64,000 bases of DNA from Lachnospiraceae bacterium (GCA_045122895.1 JBGVIE010000008.1:7602-71601); one strand, 5' to 3'; positions 17,977 through 27,901 are shown, counted from the stretch's first letter. Notes: generated by a model from the sequence alone, not told the origin. Numbers and translations are program-made.

Positions 17977-18225
17977 AAAATATATTCTGTATATGAATAA
18001 TATAATATGTGTACGAATATGTCAAGCATAATTTAAATTTATGAGTATATATTATGCCCACAAATATACCTATCCGAGATTTCAACTCATCCCAGATAGG
18101 GTTTACTTGCTTATTCTCACTTTCCATTCTTCCAAATAAACTTATTAATCCTCTTGTTTTTTTTTCAGAATGTGCTAAACTTGTTTGCGTTACTGTATTT
18201 ACTTATTATAATGGAGGAACGATAA

Positions 18226-20052
18226 ATGCAAACTAAAAGAGAAGATGTTAGAAATATTGCAATTATAGCTCATGTCGACCACGGTAAAACTACATTAGTT
18301 GATGAGCTTTTAAAGCAAAGCGGAACATTTAGAGCAAACCAGGAAGTCGCTGAAAGAGTAATGGATTCAAATGATATCGAACGTGAACGTGGTATCACTA
18401 TTCTCTCTAAAAACACAGCGGTTTATTATAAAGACATAAAAATCAATATTATAGATACACCGGGACACGCAGATTTCGGTGGTGAAGTTGAACGTGTACT
18501 TAAGATGGTTAATGGTGTTATCCTTGTAGTTGATGCCTTCGAGGGAGCAATGCCACAGACAAAGTTCGTATTAAAGAAGGCTCTTGAGCTTGATTTACCA
18601 GTTATAGTATGTATCAACAAAATTGACAGACCTGAAGCAAGGCCTGATGAGGTAATTGACGAGGTGCTTGAGCTTTTCCTTGATCTTGATGCTTCTGATG
18701 AACAATTAGAATGTCCTTTTGTATATGCATCTGCAAAGGCAGGACATGCTATTCTTGATTTAAGTGAAGAACCAGAGAATATGCAACCATTATTTGAGAC
18801 GATAATTAATTATATCCCTGCTCCAGAGGGAGATCCAGAAGCTGATACACAGGTTCTTATCAGCACAATCGATTACAACGAATATGTAGGACGTATCGGT
18901 GTAGGTAAGGTTGATAATGGTTCATTAAAAGTTAATCAGGATGTAGTCGTTGTAAACGCACATGACCCTGAGAAAAAACAGAAGGTTAAGGTCAGCAAGC
19001 TTTACGAATTCGAAGGACTTAACAAAGTAGAAGTAACAGAGGCAAAGATTGGTTCAATTGTAGCTATCTCAGGTATTTCAGACATCCATATTGGTGATAC
19101 ACTCTGCTCTCCTGAGAATCCTGTTGCAATACCTTTCCAGAAGATTTCAGAGCCAACAATTTCTATGCAATTTAATGTTAATGATAGTCCTCTCGCAGGT
19201 CAGGAAGGTAAATTCATCACTTCAAGACATTTAAGAGACAGACTTTTCAGAGAGCTTAACACTGACGTAAGTCTTCGTGTTGAAGAGACAGAGACAACTG
19301 AAAGCTTTAAGGTATCAGGACGTGGCGAACTTCACTTATCTGTATTAATCGAGAATATGAGACGTGAAGGCTATGAATTTTCTGTAAGCAAAGCTGAAGT
19401 ATTATATAAGAAGGATGAAAACGGAAAACTCTTAGAGCCAATGGAGCTTGCATATGTTGATGTTCCTGAAGAATTCTCTGGTACTGTTATCCAGGCATTA
19501 AGCACTAGAAAGGGCGAATTACTTGGAATGTCTGCTGCAAACGGCGGCTATACAAGACTTGAATTCTCTATCCCTTCAAGAGGTCTTATTGGATATCGTG
19601 GTGAATTTATGACTGATACAAAAGGTAATGGAATCATCAACACAATATTTAACGGTTATGGTCCTTACAAGGGAGATATCCAGTACAGAAAACAGGGGTC
19701 ACTTATAGCTTTTGAAAATGGTGAAGCTATTACCTATGGTCTTTTCAACGCACAGGAACGTGGTACATTATTCATAGGACCTGGTGAAAAGGTATACGCA
19801 GGTATGGTTGTTGGTCAGAACGGTAAGACAGATGATATCGAAGTAAATGTATGTAAGAAAAAACAGCTCACAAATACTCGTGCTTCCGGTTCAGATGATG
19901 CTCTTAAGCTTGTACCTAAGAAGGAATTAAGTCTTGAACAGTCACTTGAATTCATAGACACTGATGAGCTTCTTGAGATTACTCCTGTAAGTCTAAGAAT
20001 TCGTAAAAAGATTCTTGACCCTACATTGAGAAAACGTGCAAACAGAAATTAA
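18226..20052 (+). CDS. typA: translational GTPase TypA/BipA
   Basis: AHVDHGKTT, DTPGHADF and NKID GTPase motifs with EF-G-like downstream domains; 608 aa. GGAGG RBS. Confidence 0.97.
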   Translation: MQTKREDVRNIAIIAHVDHGKTTLVDELLKQSGTFRANQEVAERVMDSNDIERERGITILSKNTAVYYKDIKINIIDTPGHADFGGEVERVLKMVNGVILVVDAFEGAMPQTKFVLKKALELDLPVIVCINKIDRPEARPDEVIDEVLELFLDLDASDEQLECPFVYASAKAGHAILDLSEEPENMQPLFETIINYIPAPEGDPEADTQVLISTIDYNEYVGRIGVGKVDNGSLKVNQDVVVVNAHDPEKKQKVKVSKLYEFEGLNKVEVTEAKIGSIVAISGISDIHIGDTLCSPENPVAIPFQKISEPTISMQFNVNDSPLAGQEGKFITSRHLRDRLFRELNTDVSLRVEETETTESFKVSGRGELHLSVLIENMRREGYEFSVSKAEVLYKKDENGKLLEPMELAYVDVPEEFSGTVIQALSTRKGELLGMSAANGGYTRLEFSIPSRGLIGYRGEFMTDTKGNGIINTIFNGYGPYKGDIQYRKQGSLIAFENGEAITYGLFNAQERGTLFIGPGEKVYAGMVVGQNGKTDDIEVNVCKKKQLTNTRASGSDDALKLVPKKELSLEQSLEFIDTDELLEITPVSLRIRKKILDPTLRKRANRN

Positions 20053-20062
20053 CACTTATCAG

Positions 20063-20092
20063 AAAAGGCGTGTGGTTTTCACACGCCTTTTC
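20063..20092. terminator. bidirectional terminator between typA and yigZ
   Basis: Stem ggcgtgtg (20067-20074) pairs with cacacgcc (20080-20087). It has an A-run before it and a T-run after it. Confidence 0.75.
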
Positions 20093-20766
20093 TATATATC
20101 TATATACTCATTCTGTTCTGAAAGGGCAAAATCTATATCGTCTATTTTTTCAAGTTCTGCTCTTGCCGCTGTTGCTTCCGTTAGCTTATTCACAAAAGCC
20201 TGCTCATCATCCTTTTCAACCACTATGATAGCTTGTACATCTTGTCCATATTCTGTACTTCTAAGATAATATCCCTCAGTATTAACTATATACTGAATCT
20301 TGCCCATATCAGCATAATCACTCTTTACACTGTATTTTACACCTTTGTGTTTCTCTATAATGACGCTGTTATTAAGTCCTTCTATCAAAGAGCCCTGATA
20401 AGCTCTTATCAGTCCCCCTGTCCCAAGCAGCACCCCTCCAAAATATCTGGTCACTACAACTACCACATTGTGTATATCCTTTGCCATAAGTACATCAAGC
20501 ATTGGTTTACCCGCCGTTCCCTGTGGTTCTCCATCATCACTGAACCTGGCTGTTTCGTATTTATCACCAAGAACATACGCCATACAGTTATGTCTCGCAT
20601 CCCAGTATTTCTTCTTCATCTCCGCTACAAATTCAATTGCCTCATCTTCTGATGTAATGGGCTTAACCGTGCATATGAATCTTGATTTTTTTTCTACTAT
20701 TTCTCCTTCGCCGCCTCTATATACAACTTTCATCTGACTACTCCATTCCCTATAATTTGAAATCAT
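20092..20766 (-). CDS. yigZ: YigZ/IMPACT-family protein (UPF0029)
   Basis: EIVEKKSRFI...HNCMAYV...DDGEPQGTAG...VVVTRYFGG are characteristic of the YigZ N-domain. A ferredoxin-like C-domain follows. Confidence 0.85.
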   Translation of the reverse strand: MISNYREWSSQMKVVYRGGEGEIVEKKSRFICTVKPITSEDEAIEFVAEMKKKYWDARHNCMAYVLGDKYETARFSDDGEPQGTAGKPMLDVLMAKDIHNVVVVVTRYFGGVLLGTGGLIRAYQGSLIEGLNNSVIIEKHKGVKYSVKSDYADMGKIQYIVNTEGYYLRSTEYGQDVQAIIVVEKDDEQAFVNKLTEATAARAELEKIDDIDFALSEQNEYIDI

Positions 20767-20787
20767 TATACCATCATTTTAAGATTT

Positions 20788-20816
20788 TTGACATATATTT
20801 TGTTTTTTGGTATAAT
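20788..20816 (+). promoter_or_regulatory. sigma-A promoter with extended -10 for the PBP gene
   Basis: TTGACA (20788-20793), 17-nt spacer, TGGTATAAT (-10 hexamer at 20811-20816). Confidence 0.6.
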
Positions 20817-20857
20817 CTAGTGACTAGTATTAAAATTGAATATATTGGAGGAAGATT

Positions 20858-23398
20858 ATGAAGTTTGGCATGAAGCAAGTTACTAACAAGCGACTTGCCC
20901 TTATATCTACTACAAGAAGACTAAAAACCAAATCACTTATGTGGTTACTAAAGGGAGCTCTGCTCATCTTTGTCTTTGTTTGTGTAACAGTAGGATTTGC
21001 AGGATTTGGTATGATAAAAGGTATAATTGACAGTACTCCTGAAGTGGATGATATAAGTATCACTCCTTCCGGATATTATACAGTTGTACTCGATAATAAG
21101 GGTAAACAAATTACCAAATTGTTGAAATCAGGTTCTAACCGAGAAAGTGTTACTATTGATCAGATTCCTGAGCAGCTTCAATACGCATTTATTGATATCG
21201 AAGATGAAAGATTTTATGAGCACAATGGTGTTGATGTAAAGGGTGTCATAAGAGCAGGTTTTGTGGCTCTTGCTACCAGAAGCCTTTCACAGGGTGCCAG
21301 TACAATCACACAGCAGTTACTTAAGAACAACGTCTTTGAAGATGGAGGTCGTGAAAGCAACACAGGTGCTCTTGTAAAGAGAAAGATTCAGGAACAGTAC
21401 TTAGCAATTCAACTCGAGAAAACATTCGATAAGAAGATAATTCTTGAGAACTACCTAAACACTATCAACTTAGGTTCTGATACACTTGGTGTACAAGCTG
21501 CCTCAAAGCGTTACTTTAACAAGAGCGTCGGTAAGCTTACGGTTTCAGAGTGCGCAGTAATTGCCGCAATCACACAGAACCCTTCATCACTTAATCCTGT
21601 TTTACATCCTGAGAACAATGCAAAGCGAAGGAAAAAGGTTCTTAACAATATGCTTAAGAATGGTCATATTACGCAGCAGGAATACGATGAAGCAATCAAA
21701 GATGATGTTTACTCAAGAATACAGTCAACAAACGTTAAGAAGTCAAAAGCAAATCCATACTCATCTTTCGTTGATGCATTGATTGACGAAGTTATGAGGG
21801 ATTTGCAGGAGCAAAAAGGGTATACAGAGACTCAGGCTTTTAACGCACTTTATAGTGGTGGACTTAAGATTTACACAACACAGGACAGAGATATCCAGAA
21901 AATCTGTGATGAGGAAGTTAACAATGAAGCTAATTATCCATTTGCAGCCAAGTATTCTATCACCTGGAACTTTTCTGTAAAAGATAAGGATGGAAACGTA
22001 TCCAACTATTCAGAAGTGAATATTGATTATTTTAACAGAATCACACTTGGTAACTCGAATTTCAAAATGCTCTTTTCTACCAAAGAAGAAGCAGATACCT
22101 ATGTGGAAGCATTCAAAAAGGAATTCGTTAAAAAATCAGATACTGTTTTGGGAGAGAATATTCAATACACATTACAACCTCAGGTATCATTTACTGTTAT
22201 GGATCAAAGCAACGGACAGGTACTTGCAATTGTAGGTGGACGCGGTGAAAAAACAGCCAGCAGAACACTTAATCGTGCTGTATCTACACCTAGACAGCCA
22301 GGTTCGTGCTTCAAGGTACTCTCAACATATGCACCGGCAATTGATAATTCAGGTTATACCTTAGCAAGCGTTATCGATGATGCTCCTTTTGCAGACGTAA
22401 ATGGTCGTCTCGTTAATAACTGGTACAAATCAGGATACAGAGGTCTTTCGTCTGTCCGTGATGGTATTCGTGATTCTATGAACGTAATAACAGTCAAATT
22501 ACTTACTGAGATATCACCACAGCTTGGTTTTGATTATCTGACTAATTTTGGCTTTACTACTCTTGTAGAGAATCAGGAAACAGAGAACGGGACATTTACA
22601 GATATTAACCAGTCATTAGCACTTGGTGGCGTGACTTACGGTGTAACTAACTTAGAGCTTTGCGCAGCATATGCCTCAATAGCTAATAAGGGTGTTTACA
22701 ACAAGCCTGTAATGTACACAAAGGTGCTTGATCACAATGGTAACGTAATACTGGAAAGTGATACAGAAAGCAGAACAGTTCTTAAAGAGACTTCTGCCTG
22801 GCTGCTTACAAACGCTATGCATGATGTTGTAACAAAAGGTACAGGTACTCTTTGTAACGTGCCTGGTATGTATGTAGCCGGTAAAACCGGTACTACTACA
22901 AATGATAATGATATCTGGTTTGCGGGATATACACCTTATCTCACCGCTTCAATCTGGAGTGGTTATGATGATAACGGTTCACTTCCTAACACATCATATC
23001 ACAATTCACTTTGGAGCAAGATAGTGACTCGTATTGACCAGGAAAAAGGCTATTCATACAAAGAATTTGAGATGCCTGATTCAATCGAAACAGTTCAGGT
23101 ATGTTCTATTTCAGGCAAATTGCCTGTAAAGGGCGTGTGTTCACATGACCCTGCCGGAAGTCAGGTGGTTACAGAATATTTTGCAAAGGGAACAGCTCCT
23201 ACTGAAGAGTGTGACCTTCACACCAAGTTAACTGTATGCGAACAAACAGGAAAGCTTGCAAATAAGAGTTGTAAGAAAAAGAAAAATCTGATTTTCAGAT
23301 TACGACCTGAAGGCAGTGATTTAAGTCAGGTAACTTATGATACACCTTATCTTGCACCATCATCACTTCTAAACAGCAAATGTAATAAACACAAATAA
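20858..23398 (+). CDS. class A penicillin-binding protein (glycosyltransferase plus transpeptidase, PBP1A family)
   Basis: N-terminal TM anchor. GT51 motifs (EDERFYEHNG, GASTITQQL, RKIQE). Transpeptidase motifs SCFK, SMN and KTGTT. Cys-rich C-terminal tail. Confidence 0.95.
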   Translation: MKFGMKQVTNKRLALISTTRRLKTKSLMWLLKGALLIFVFVCVTVGFAGFGMIKGIIDSTPEVDDISITPSGYYTVVLDNKGKQITKLLKSGSNRESVTIDQIPEQLQYAFIDIEDERFYEHNGVDVKGVIRAGFVALATRSLSQGASTITQQLLKNNVFEDGGRESNTGALVKRKIQEQYLAIQLEKTFDKKIILENYLNTINLGSDTLGVQAASKRYFNKSVGKLTVSECAVIAAITQNPSSLNPVLHPENNAKRRKKVLNNMLKNGHITQQEYDEAIKDDVYSRIQSTNVKKSKANPYSSFVDALIDEVMRDLQEQKGYTETQAFNALYSGGLKIYTTQDRDIQKICDEEVNNEANYPFAAKYSITWNFSVKDKDGNVSNYSEVNIDYFNRITLGNSNFKMLFSTKEEADTYVEAFKKEFVKKSDTVLGENIQYTLQPQVSFTVMDQSNGQVLAIVGGRGEKTASRTLNRAVSTPRQPGSCFKVLSTYAPAIDNSGYTLASVIDDAPFADVNGRLVNNWYKSGYRGLSSVRDGIRDSMNVITVKLLTEISPQLGFDYLTNFGFTTLVENQETENGTFTDINQSLALGGVTYGVTNLELCAAYASIANKGVYNKPVMYTKVLDHNGNVILESDTESRTVLKETSAWLLTNAMHDVVTKGTGTLCNVPGMYVAGKTGTTTNDNDIWFAGYTPYLTASIWSGYDDNGSLPNTSYHNSLWSKIVTRIDQEKGYSYKEFEMPDSIETVQVCSISGKLPVKGVCSHDPAGSQVVTEYFAKGTAPTEECDLHTKLTVCEQTGKLANKSCKKKKNLIFRLRPEGSDLSQVTYDTPYLAPSSLLNSKCNKHK

Positions 23399-23403
23399 AG
23401 ACT

Positions 23404-23436
23404 AAAAACACCGGTTCATTTAAGCCGGTGTTTTTT
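23404..23436 (+). terminator. rho-independent terminator of the PBP gene
   Basis: Stem caccgg (23409-23414) pairs with ccggtg (23425-23430), followed by tttttt. Confidence 0.75.
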
Positions 23437-23494
23437 CATTTATATTCTTTTCATCACAAAATTCGTAATTTCTTATCAAAAATCTTAGTTTTAC

Positions 23495-23523
23495 GCATAA
23501 AATTACTTTTTTATCAAATAATA
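23495..23523 (+). promoter_or_regulatory. forespore (sigma-G/F-like) promoter candidate for spoVAD-spoVAE
   Basis: GCATA (23495-23499), 17-nt spacer, AATAATA (23517-23523), compared with the consensus GHATR-N17/18-CATNNTA. Weak match in AT-rich DNA. Confidence 0.3.
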
Positions 23524-23543
23524 CTCATAAAGGAGGGATTGTT

Positions 23544-24554
23544 TTGAATCAAAAAAAAGGCAAACAAAGTATTAAGTTTGATAATCCACCATATATATCT
23601 GAAGGTTGTTCTGTAGTAGGTAAAAAAGAAGGCGAAGGTCCTATGAAAAAGACTTTTGACCTAATTGAATATGACCCTTTATTCGGTGGCAAATCCTGGG
23701 AGGAAGGAGAAAGTAATCTTCAAAAGAAAACTGTCGAACTTCTTATCAGCAAGAGTTTTCTAAAAAAAGATGATATCCGATATATTTTTGCAGGAGATTT
23801 ACTAGGTCAGCTCATCGCAACTACCTTCGGGCTTAAATCTCTTAGAATTCCTATCTTTGGATTATATGGTGCCTGCTCTACAATGGGTGAGGCTATGAGT
23901 CTTGCAGCCATTACAGTCTCCTGCGGATGTGCTGATAATGTTATTGCTCTTGCTTCAAGTCATTTTGCAAGTGCCGAAAAGACTTTCAGGTATCCTCTGG
24001 ATTACGGAAGTCAAAGACCATTTTCCTCCACATGGACTGTTACTGGTTGTGGCGCAACAATTATCACTTCTAATAAAGGTTTTGCAAGGATTCCGGGGAT
24101 TACCACAGGAAGAATCGTTGATTATGGTATAAAAGACCCTCAGAATATGGGTGCAGTTATGGCACCTGCTGCCTGTGATGCAATTTACAGAAACTTTGTT
24201 GATTTCGGTATTGAGCCAGAATATTATGACAAAATAATAACAGGTGATTTAGGGTATGTCGGCAGAAAAATTTTAGTCGAACTCCTAAACGAAAAAGGAT
24301 ATGATATAGCTGACAGACACATAGATTGCGGAATTCTGATGTTTGATGCAAATACACAAAACACTAACTGTGGCGGAAGTGGCTGCGGCTGCTCTGCAAG
24401 TATTCTTTGCGGACATATCTACGAAAAGCTTAGAAGTAAAGAATGGCACAGAATTCTTTTTGTACCAACGGGTGCTTTGATGTCAACTGTAAGCTTCAAC
24501 GAAGGAAAAAGCATACCCGGTATTGCTCATTGTGTAATAATAGAAAGTGTATAA
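23544..24554 (+). CDS. spoVAD: stage V sporulation protein AD
   Basis: Thiolase-fold SpoVAD pattern (FDNPPYI...VVGKKEGEGP...YGACST...). TTG start 5 nt after AGGAGGG. Followed by spoVAE. Confidence 0.9.
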   Translation: MNQKKGKQSIKFDNPPYISEGCSVVGKKEGEGPMKKTFDLIEYDPLFGGKSWEEGESNLQKKTVELLISKSFLKKDDIRYIFAGDLLGQLIATTFGLKSLRIPIFGLYGACSTMGEAMSLAAITVSCGCADNVIALASSHFASAEKTFRYPLDYGSQRPFSSTWTVTGCGATIITSNKGFARIPGITTGRIVDYGIKDPQNMGAVMAPAACDAIYRNFVDFGIEPEYYDKIITGDLGYVGRKILVELLNEKGYDIADRHIDCGILMFDANTQNTNCGGSGCGCSASILCGHIYEKLRSKEWHRILFVPTGALMSTVSFNEGKSIPGIAHCVIIESV

Positions 24555-24919
24555 TGGTGATTATTATGGATTATGTAAAAACTTTTTTAATTGGCGGTTT
24601 GATATGTGCAATTGTCCAACTTATTAATGATAAAACAAAGCTTGTTCCCGGTCGAATAATGGTTATTCTTGTTTGTCTTGGAGCAATACTTGGTGGAATA
24701 GGTGTTTATGAACCCTTCTCAGAATTCGCGGGATATGGTGCGACTGTTCCTTTAATAGGATTTGGGAATCTGCTATTTCAGGGAGTAAAAGATGCAGTTA
24801 AAGAGGAGGGACTTATAGGTCTGCTAACCGGTGGATTTAAAGCAGGTGCTGCAGGTATATCAGCAGCCCTGATTTTTTCCTATATCGCTTCTCTAATATT
24901 TAAGCCAAAGATGAAATAA
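24554..24919 (+). CDS. spoVAE: stage V sporulation protein AE
   Basis: FLIGGLICAIVQL...YEPFSEFAGYGATVPLIGFGN...GISAALIFSYIASLIFKPK closely parallels Bacillus SpoVAEb. Start is ATG 24554 (1-nt overlap with the spoVAD stop) or ATG 24566. The longer track ORF from 24443 overlaps spoVAD and is rejected. Confidence 0.9.
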   Translation: MVIIMDYVKTFLIGGLICAIVQLINDKTKLVPGRIMVILVCLGAILGGIGVYEPFSEFAGYGATVPLIGFGNLLFQGVKDAVKEEGLIGLLTGGFKAGAAGISAALIFSYIASLIFKPKMK

Positions 24920-24932
24920 GACAATTCCATCG

Positions 24933-24982
24933 CTCATAGAGAGATTTGGCGTTTGATTCTTTCAATAACGCCCCTCTATGAG
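24933..24982. other. long imperfect hairpin between convergent spoVAE and pepP (terminator-like, no clear U-tract)
   Basis: ctcatagag (24933-24941) pairs with ctctatgag (24974-24982). Inner pairing ggcgtt (24948-24953) with aacgcc (24967-24972). Confidence 0.4.
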
Positions 24983-26725
24983 TTATACCTTACATTTATT
25001 TAAAAGCCACTCTTTTTCTTCCCCATCAAAATACTTCTCCAGATTTTTGTACACTAACTCTTGATACTGCTTAAGCATCTCAATCTCTTCATCAGTCAAA
25101 TAGTCAAAATCTACAGCATCAATATCAAAAGGAACCATTGTCAGATACTCAAATTCCATAAACTGACCATATTCATTCTTTTCTGATTTTTTACATATAA
25201 TCAAATTCTCATGTCTGATTCCATACTCATTCTCAATATATAATCCCGGCTCATCAGACATAATCATTCCTTCTTCCAAAACAGCATCACTCTTTATTCT
25301 TATAGAGTTAGGACCTTCATGTACTGATAACAGATATCCAACCCCGTGACCTGTCCCATGATTGTAGTTTAATCCCTCCCGAAAAAGGGGTTCCCTTGCA
25401 ATATAATCAAGATTCTGCCCTGTATAGCCATATAAAAATTTGGCATTTGCAAGTCTCAAATGTCCTTTTAACACCAATGTATAATGCTTTTTCTGCTCTT
25501 GTGTAAGTTCTGAAAGCGGGTAAGTTCTGGTAACATCGGTTGTCCCTTCCAGATAGTGCCCGCCTGTATCAGATAATAAAAAACCTTTATTTTCTATCTT
25601 TTCATTGCTCTCCTCATCTGCCTGATAATGCACTATAGCTCCATGAGCTCCATACGCCATAATCGGTTCAAAGCTTGGTCCTAAATAATTAGTCTGTTCC
25701 CTTCTAAACTGTTCCAGTTTTTCTGCAGCACTAAGCTCTGTAATGTACTCTTTACCTGCATTTTGTTTTATCCAATGCATAAATTTCGTAACCGCAACAC
25801 CATCTTTTATATGGGCAATCTTTTCATTCGCAATCTCCGTCTCGTTCTTAATTGCTTTAAAATGTGAAATTGGGCTGACTTTATTTACCACTTCGCATTT
25901 TTCAAGCAACGTTACAATTCTGTAGTTTGCTGTTTTTTCATCAACCCACACCTTCTTACCCTCTATCTTTTCCAAATCATCATATATTTTAAAATAATCG
26001 TTAAGGAATACACCTGCTGCTTCAAGCTTTGACTGTATATCTTTGTTAAGCTTACTCTTATCTACATAGAGACAGGCACTATCCATATCAATAATCATAT
26101 ACGCCAAAAATACCGGTGTACATGAAATATCATTTCCTCTAAGATTTAGTAACCATGCAATTTCATCAAGAGCTGTTACTACAATCATATCTGCTTGCTC
26201 TTTTACAGCTTCCCTCAATCTCATTAACTTGTCTTCTCTTGATTCACCTGCATATTCCAGTCCAAGTTCAAAGACTTTTGCTTTTGGTAATTCAGGTCTT
26301 TTTTCGTATAGCAGATCAATTAAATCCTCATTACAAGACAGGGTAAACCTATTTAGCTTCATCGCAAAATCTGATGTTACCGTCCTTGCATCAAATCCTA
26401 TTACAGCATTTTCTTCCATTTCTCTCTCAAGATATTCGCTGATTCCCGGGACACCTTCACATCCCATTTTCATAAGCAGTATGTTGCTGCCTTCAAGCTG
26501 CTTTTCTGCCTGTATAAAATATCTTCCATCAGTCCACAATAATGCTTCCCGCATAGTCACAAGAAGTGTCCCTGCAGAGCCTGTAAATCCCGACATATAC
26601 TCTCTTTCTTTAAAATATTCACCTACATATTCAGAACCATGAAAATCGTTAGTGCACACTATATACGCATCAATATTTCTCTCAGTCATAAGTTTTCTTA
26701 ATCTGTTTATTCTTGTATTTATCAT
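24983..26725 (-). CDS. pepP: Xaa-Pro aminopeptidase (M24B, aminopeptidase P family)
   Basis: Creatinase/prolidase N-domains plus an M24 catalytic core (DTGGHY...TDVTRT, HGTGHGVG, SDEPG, ENLI). Start set at ATG 26725 after GGAGG. Confidence 0.9.
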   Translation of the reverse strand: MINTRINRLRKLMTERNIDAYIVCTNDFHGSEYVGEYFKEREYMSGFTGSAGTLLVTMREALLWTDGRYFIQAEKQLEGSNILLMKMGCEGVPGISEYLEREMEENAVIGFDARTVTSDFAMKLNRFTLSCNEDLIDLLYEKRPELPKAKVFELGLEYAGESREDKLMRLREAVKEQADMIVVTALDEIAWLLNLRGNDISCTPVFLAYMIIDMDSACLYVDKSKLNKDIQSKLEAAGVFLNDYFKIYDDLEKIEGKKVWVDEKTANYRIVTLLEKCEVVNKVSPISHFKAIKNETEIANEKIAHIKDGVAVTKFMHWIKQNAGKEYITELSAAEKLEQFRREQTNYLGPSFEPIMAYGAHGAIVHYQADEESNEKIENKGFLLSDTGGHYLEGTTDVTRTYPLSELTQEQKKHYTLVLKGHLRLANAKFLYGYTGQNLDYIAREPLFREGLNYNHGTGHGVGYLLSVHEGPNSIRIKSDAVLEEGMIMSDEPGLYIENEYGIRHENLIICKKSEKNEYGQFMEFEYLTMVPFDIDAVDFDYLTDEEIEMLKQYQELVYKNLEKYFDGEEKEWLLNKCKV

Positions 26726-26802
26726 GCTAACCTCCATATCGAAGCAATTTCATTATAGTTGTTCAGATACATTATATTTTTATACATTTTTATCGTCAAG
26801 CC

Positions 26803-26832
26803 TGAATATTTTCCTGAAAAAAACAGATACTA
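26803..26832 (+). promoter_or_regulatory. forespore (sigma-G/F-like) promoter candidate for spoVAC
   Basis: TGAATA (26803-26808), 17-nt spacer, GATACTA (26826-26832), compared with GHATR-N17/18-CATNNTA. Confidence 0.4.
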
Positions 26833-26861
26833 ATAAAAATCCATTAAAACAGGAGGTATGT

Positions 26862-27296
26862 ATGACAAACTATAATAAATATGTAGAAAGTATCACACCT
26901 ACAAACAGCACTATCGCAAATGTTCTTAAAGCTTACCTGGTCGGTGGCCTTATATGTATTATCGGACAATTTTTAGGAAATATGTATAAAATGGCTGGCT
27001 TTAACGAAGAGCACGAAGCTATTCTTGTATCAGTTACACTAATAGCATTAAGTGTTCTTTTAACTGGTCTTGGTATATACCAAAAACTGGCTGACTTTGC
27101 CGGTGCCGGGACAATTGTTCCTATTACCGGTTTTGCCAATTCCGTAGCTTCCCCTGCAATCGAATATAAAACTGAAGGTATGGTAGAAGGCATTGGTTGC
27201 AAAATATTCACAATTGCAGGTCCTGTTATTCTTTACGGAATATTCAGCAGCTTCATAGTAGCTATCATATATTTGATTATCACTTACTTCTTTTAG
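26862..27296 (+). CDS. spoVAC: stage V sporulation protein AC
   Basis: Start set at MTNYNKY (ATG 26862) after AGGAGG. AYLVGGLICIIGQ...FAGAGTIVPITGFANS...IEYKTEG matches SpoVAC. The upstream part of track ORF 26652.. is non-coding. Confidence 0.9.
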   Translation: MTNYNKYVESITPTNSTIANVLKAYLVGGLICIIGQFLGNMYKMAGFNEEHEAILVSVTLIALSVLLTGLGIYQKLADFAGAGTIVPITGFANSVASPAIEYKTEGMVEGIGCKIFTIAGPVILYGIFSSFIVAIIYLIITYFF

Positions 27297-27316
27297 CGTC
27301 TGAGAAATGTGAGAAT

Positions 27317-27454
27317 AGTATGAAAAATCGCGCCGATGCGCCGATTTTTCATACGGCTAATTGAGACGGAGCCTCATTTAGCCCTGATCGCAGAAGTGAA
27401 ATCGCCTTCGCGATTTTCTCTTCGCGGTGTCTCCGCAATAATTTGCTCCGACAT
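27317..27454 (+). repeat. ~138-bp multi-hairpin intergenic repeat, copy 2 (family A)
   Basis: Inverted copy of 15937-16074. Hairpins: atgaaaaatcg/cgatttttcat, gctaattgag/ctcatttagc, gaaatcgc/gcgatttt, gcgg/ccgc. It sits between spoVAC and spoVAB. Confidence 0.85.
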
Positions 27455-27464
27455 GAGGATTAGT

Positions 27465-27878
27465 ATGATTTCAAATTTAATTTGTATTATTTTCGGACTA
27501 AGTTCAGGACTTATCGCTGCAGGTGGTGTTTTTGCGCTTCTTACTGTTATTGGTGTAATAACACGAATGACTGCAAAAACAAAAACAACCACCTGGATTA
27601 CAACGTACGAATGGACAATAATTATAGGAGGTGCACTTGGAAATATTGCAACAATTTACAGAATTCCACTTCCTTTAGGGTATCTGGGCGCCGGAATGTT
27701 TGGTTTTTTCAGTGGAATCTTCACAGGCTGTCTTGCAATAGCTTTGTCTGAGTCACTTGATTGCACTGTTATTTTCTCAAGGCGTGTTAAACTAAAGCTT
27801 GGATTTCCTTTTATTATTTTAGCTGTGGCTCTTGGCAAGGTGACTGGATCTCTTTTGTACTATTACCTGGGATTGTAA
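27465..27878 (+). CDS. spoVAB: stage V sporulation protein AB
   Basis: Start ATG 27465, 5 nt after GAGGA. MISNLICIIFGLSSGLIAAGGVFALLTVIGVITRM resembles the N-terminus of Bacillus SpoVAB. About 137 aa, 4 TM helices. The track's N-terminal extension from 27336 is the repeat read in frame. Confidence 0.75.
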   Translation: MISNLICIIFGLSSGLIAAGGVFALLTVIGVITRMTAKTKTTTWITTYEWTIIIGGALGNIATIYRIPLPLGYLGAGMFGFFSGIFTGCLAIALSESLDCTVIFSRRVKLKLGFPFIILAVALGKVTGSLLYYYLGL

Positions 27879-27901
27879 ATAAAAAGAAAGGCGGATACTA
27901 A

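Noticed and set aside
18185-18212. TTGCGT-N16-TATAAT promoter-like sequence just upstream of typA.
   Set aside because: The -10 ends 1 nt before the GGAGG RBS, so the transcript would start inside or after the RBS. The real typA promoter is probably further upstream, and I could not identify it with confidence.
24443-24553. Upstream part of track ORF 24443..24919, which overlaps the spoVAD 3' end.
   Set aside because: SpoVAE homology begins at MDYVKTFLIGG. The upstream 37 codons overlap spoVAD in another frame and have no SpoVAE counterpart.
15937-27454. The idea that the inverted family A copies mediate an 11-kb inversion that scrambled the spoVA operon.
   Set aside because: Mentally inverting 16075-27316 places spoVAC, spoVAD and spoVAE on the minus strand, away from spoVAB/AA, and does not restore any canonical order. 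Two 138-bp copies at 90 percent identity are also weak recombination substrates.
27336-27464. N-terminal extension of the spoVAB ORF (MRRFFIRLIETEPHLALIAEVKSPSRF...).
   Set aside because: It is the family A intergenic repeat read in frame. The same DNA occurs in non-coding context at 15937-16074, and a GAGGA RBS precedes the internal ATG at 27465.
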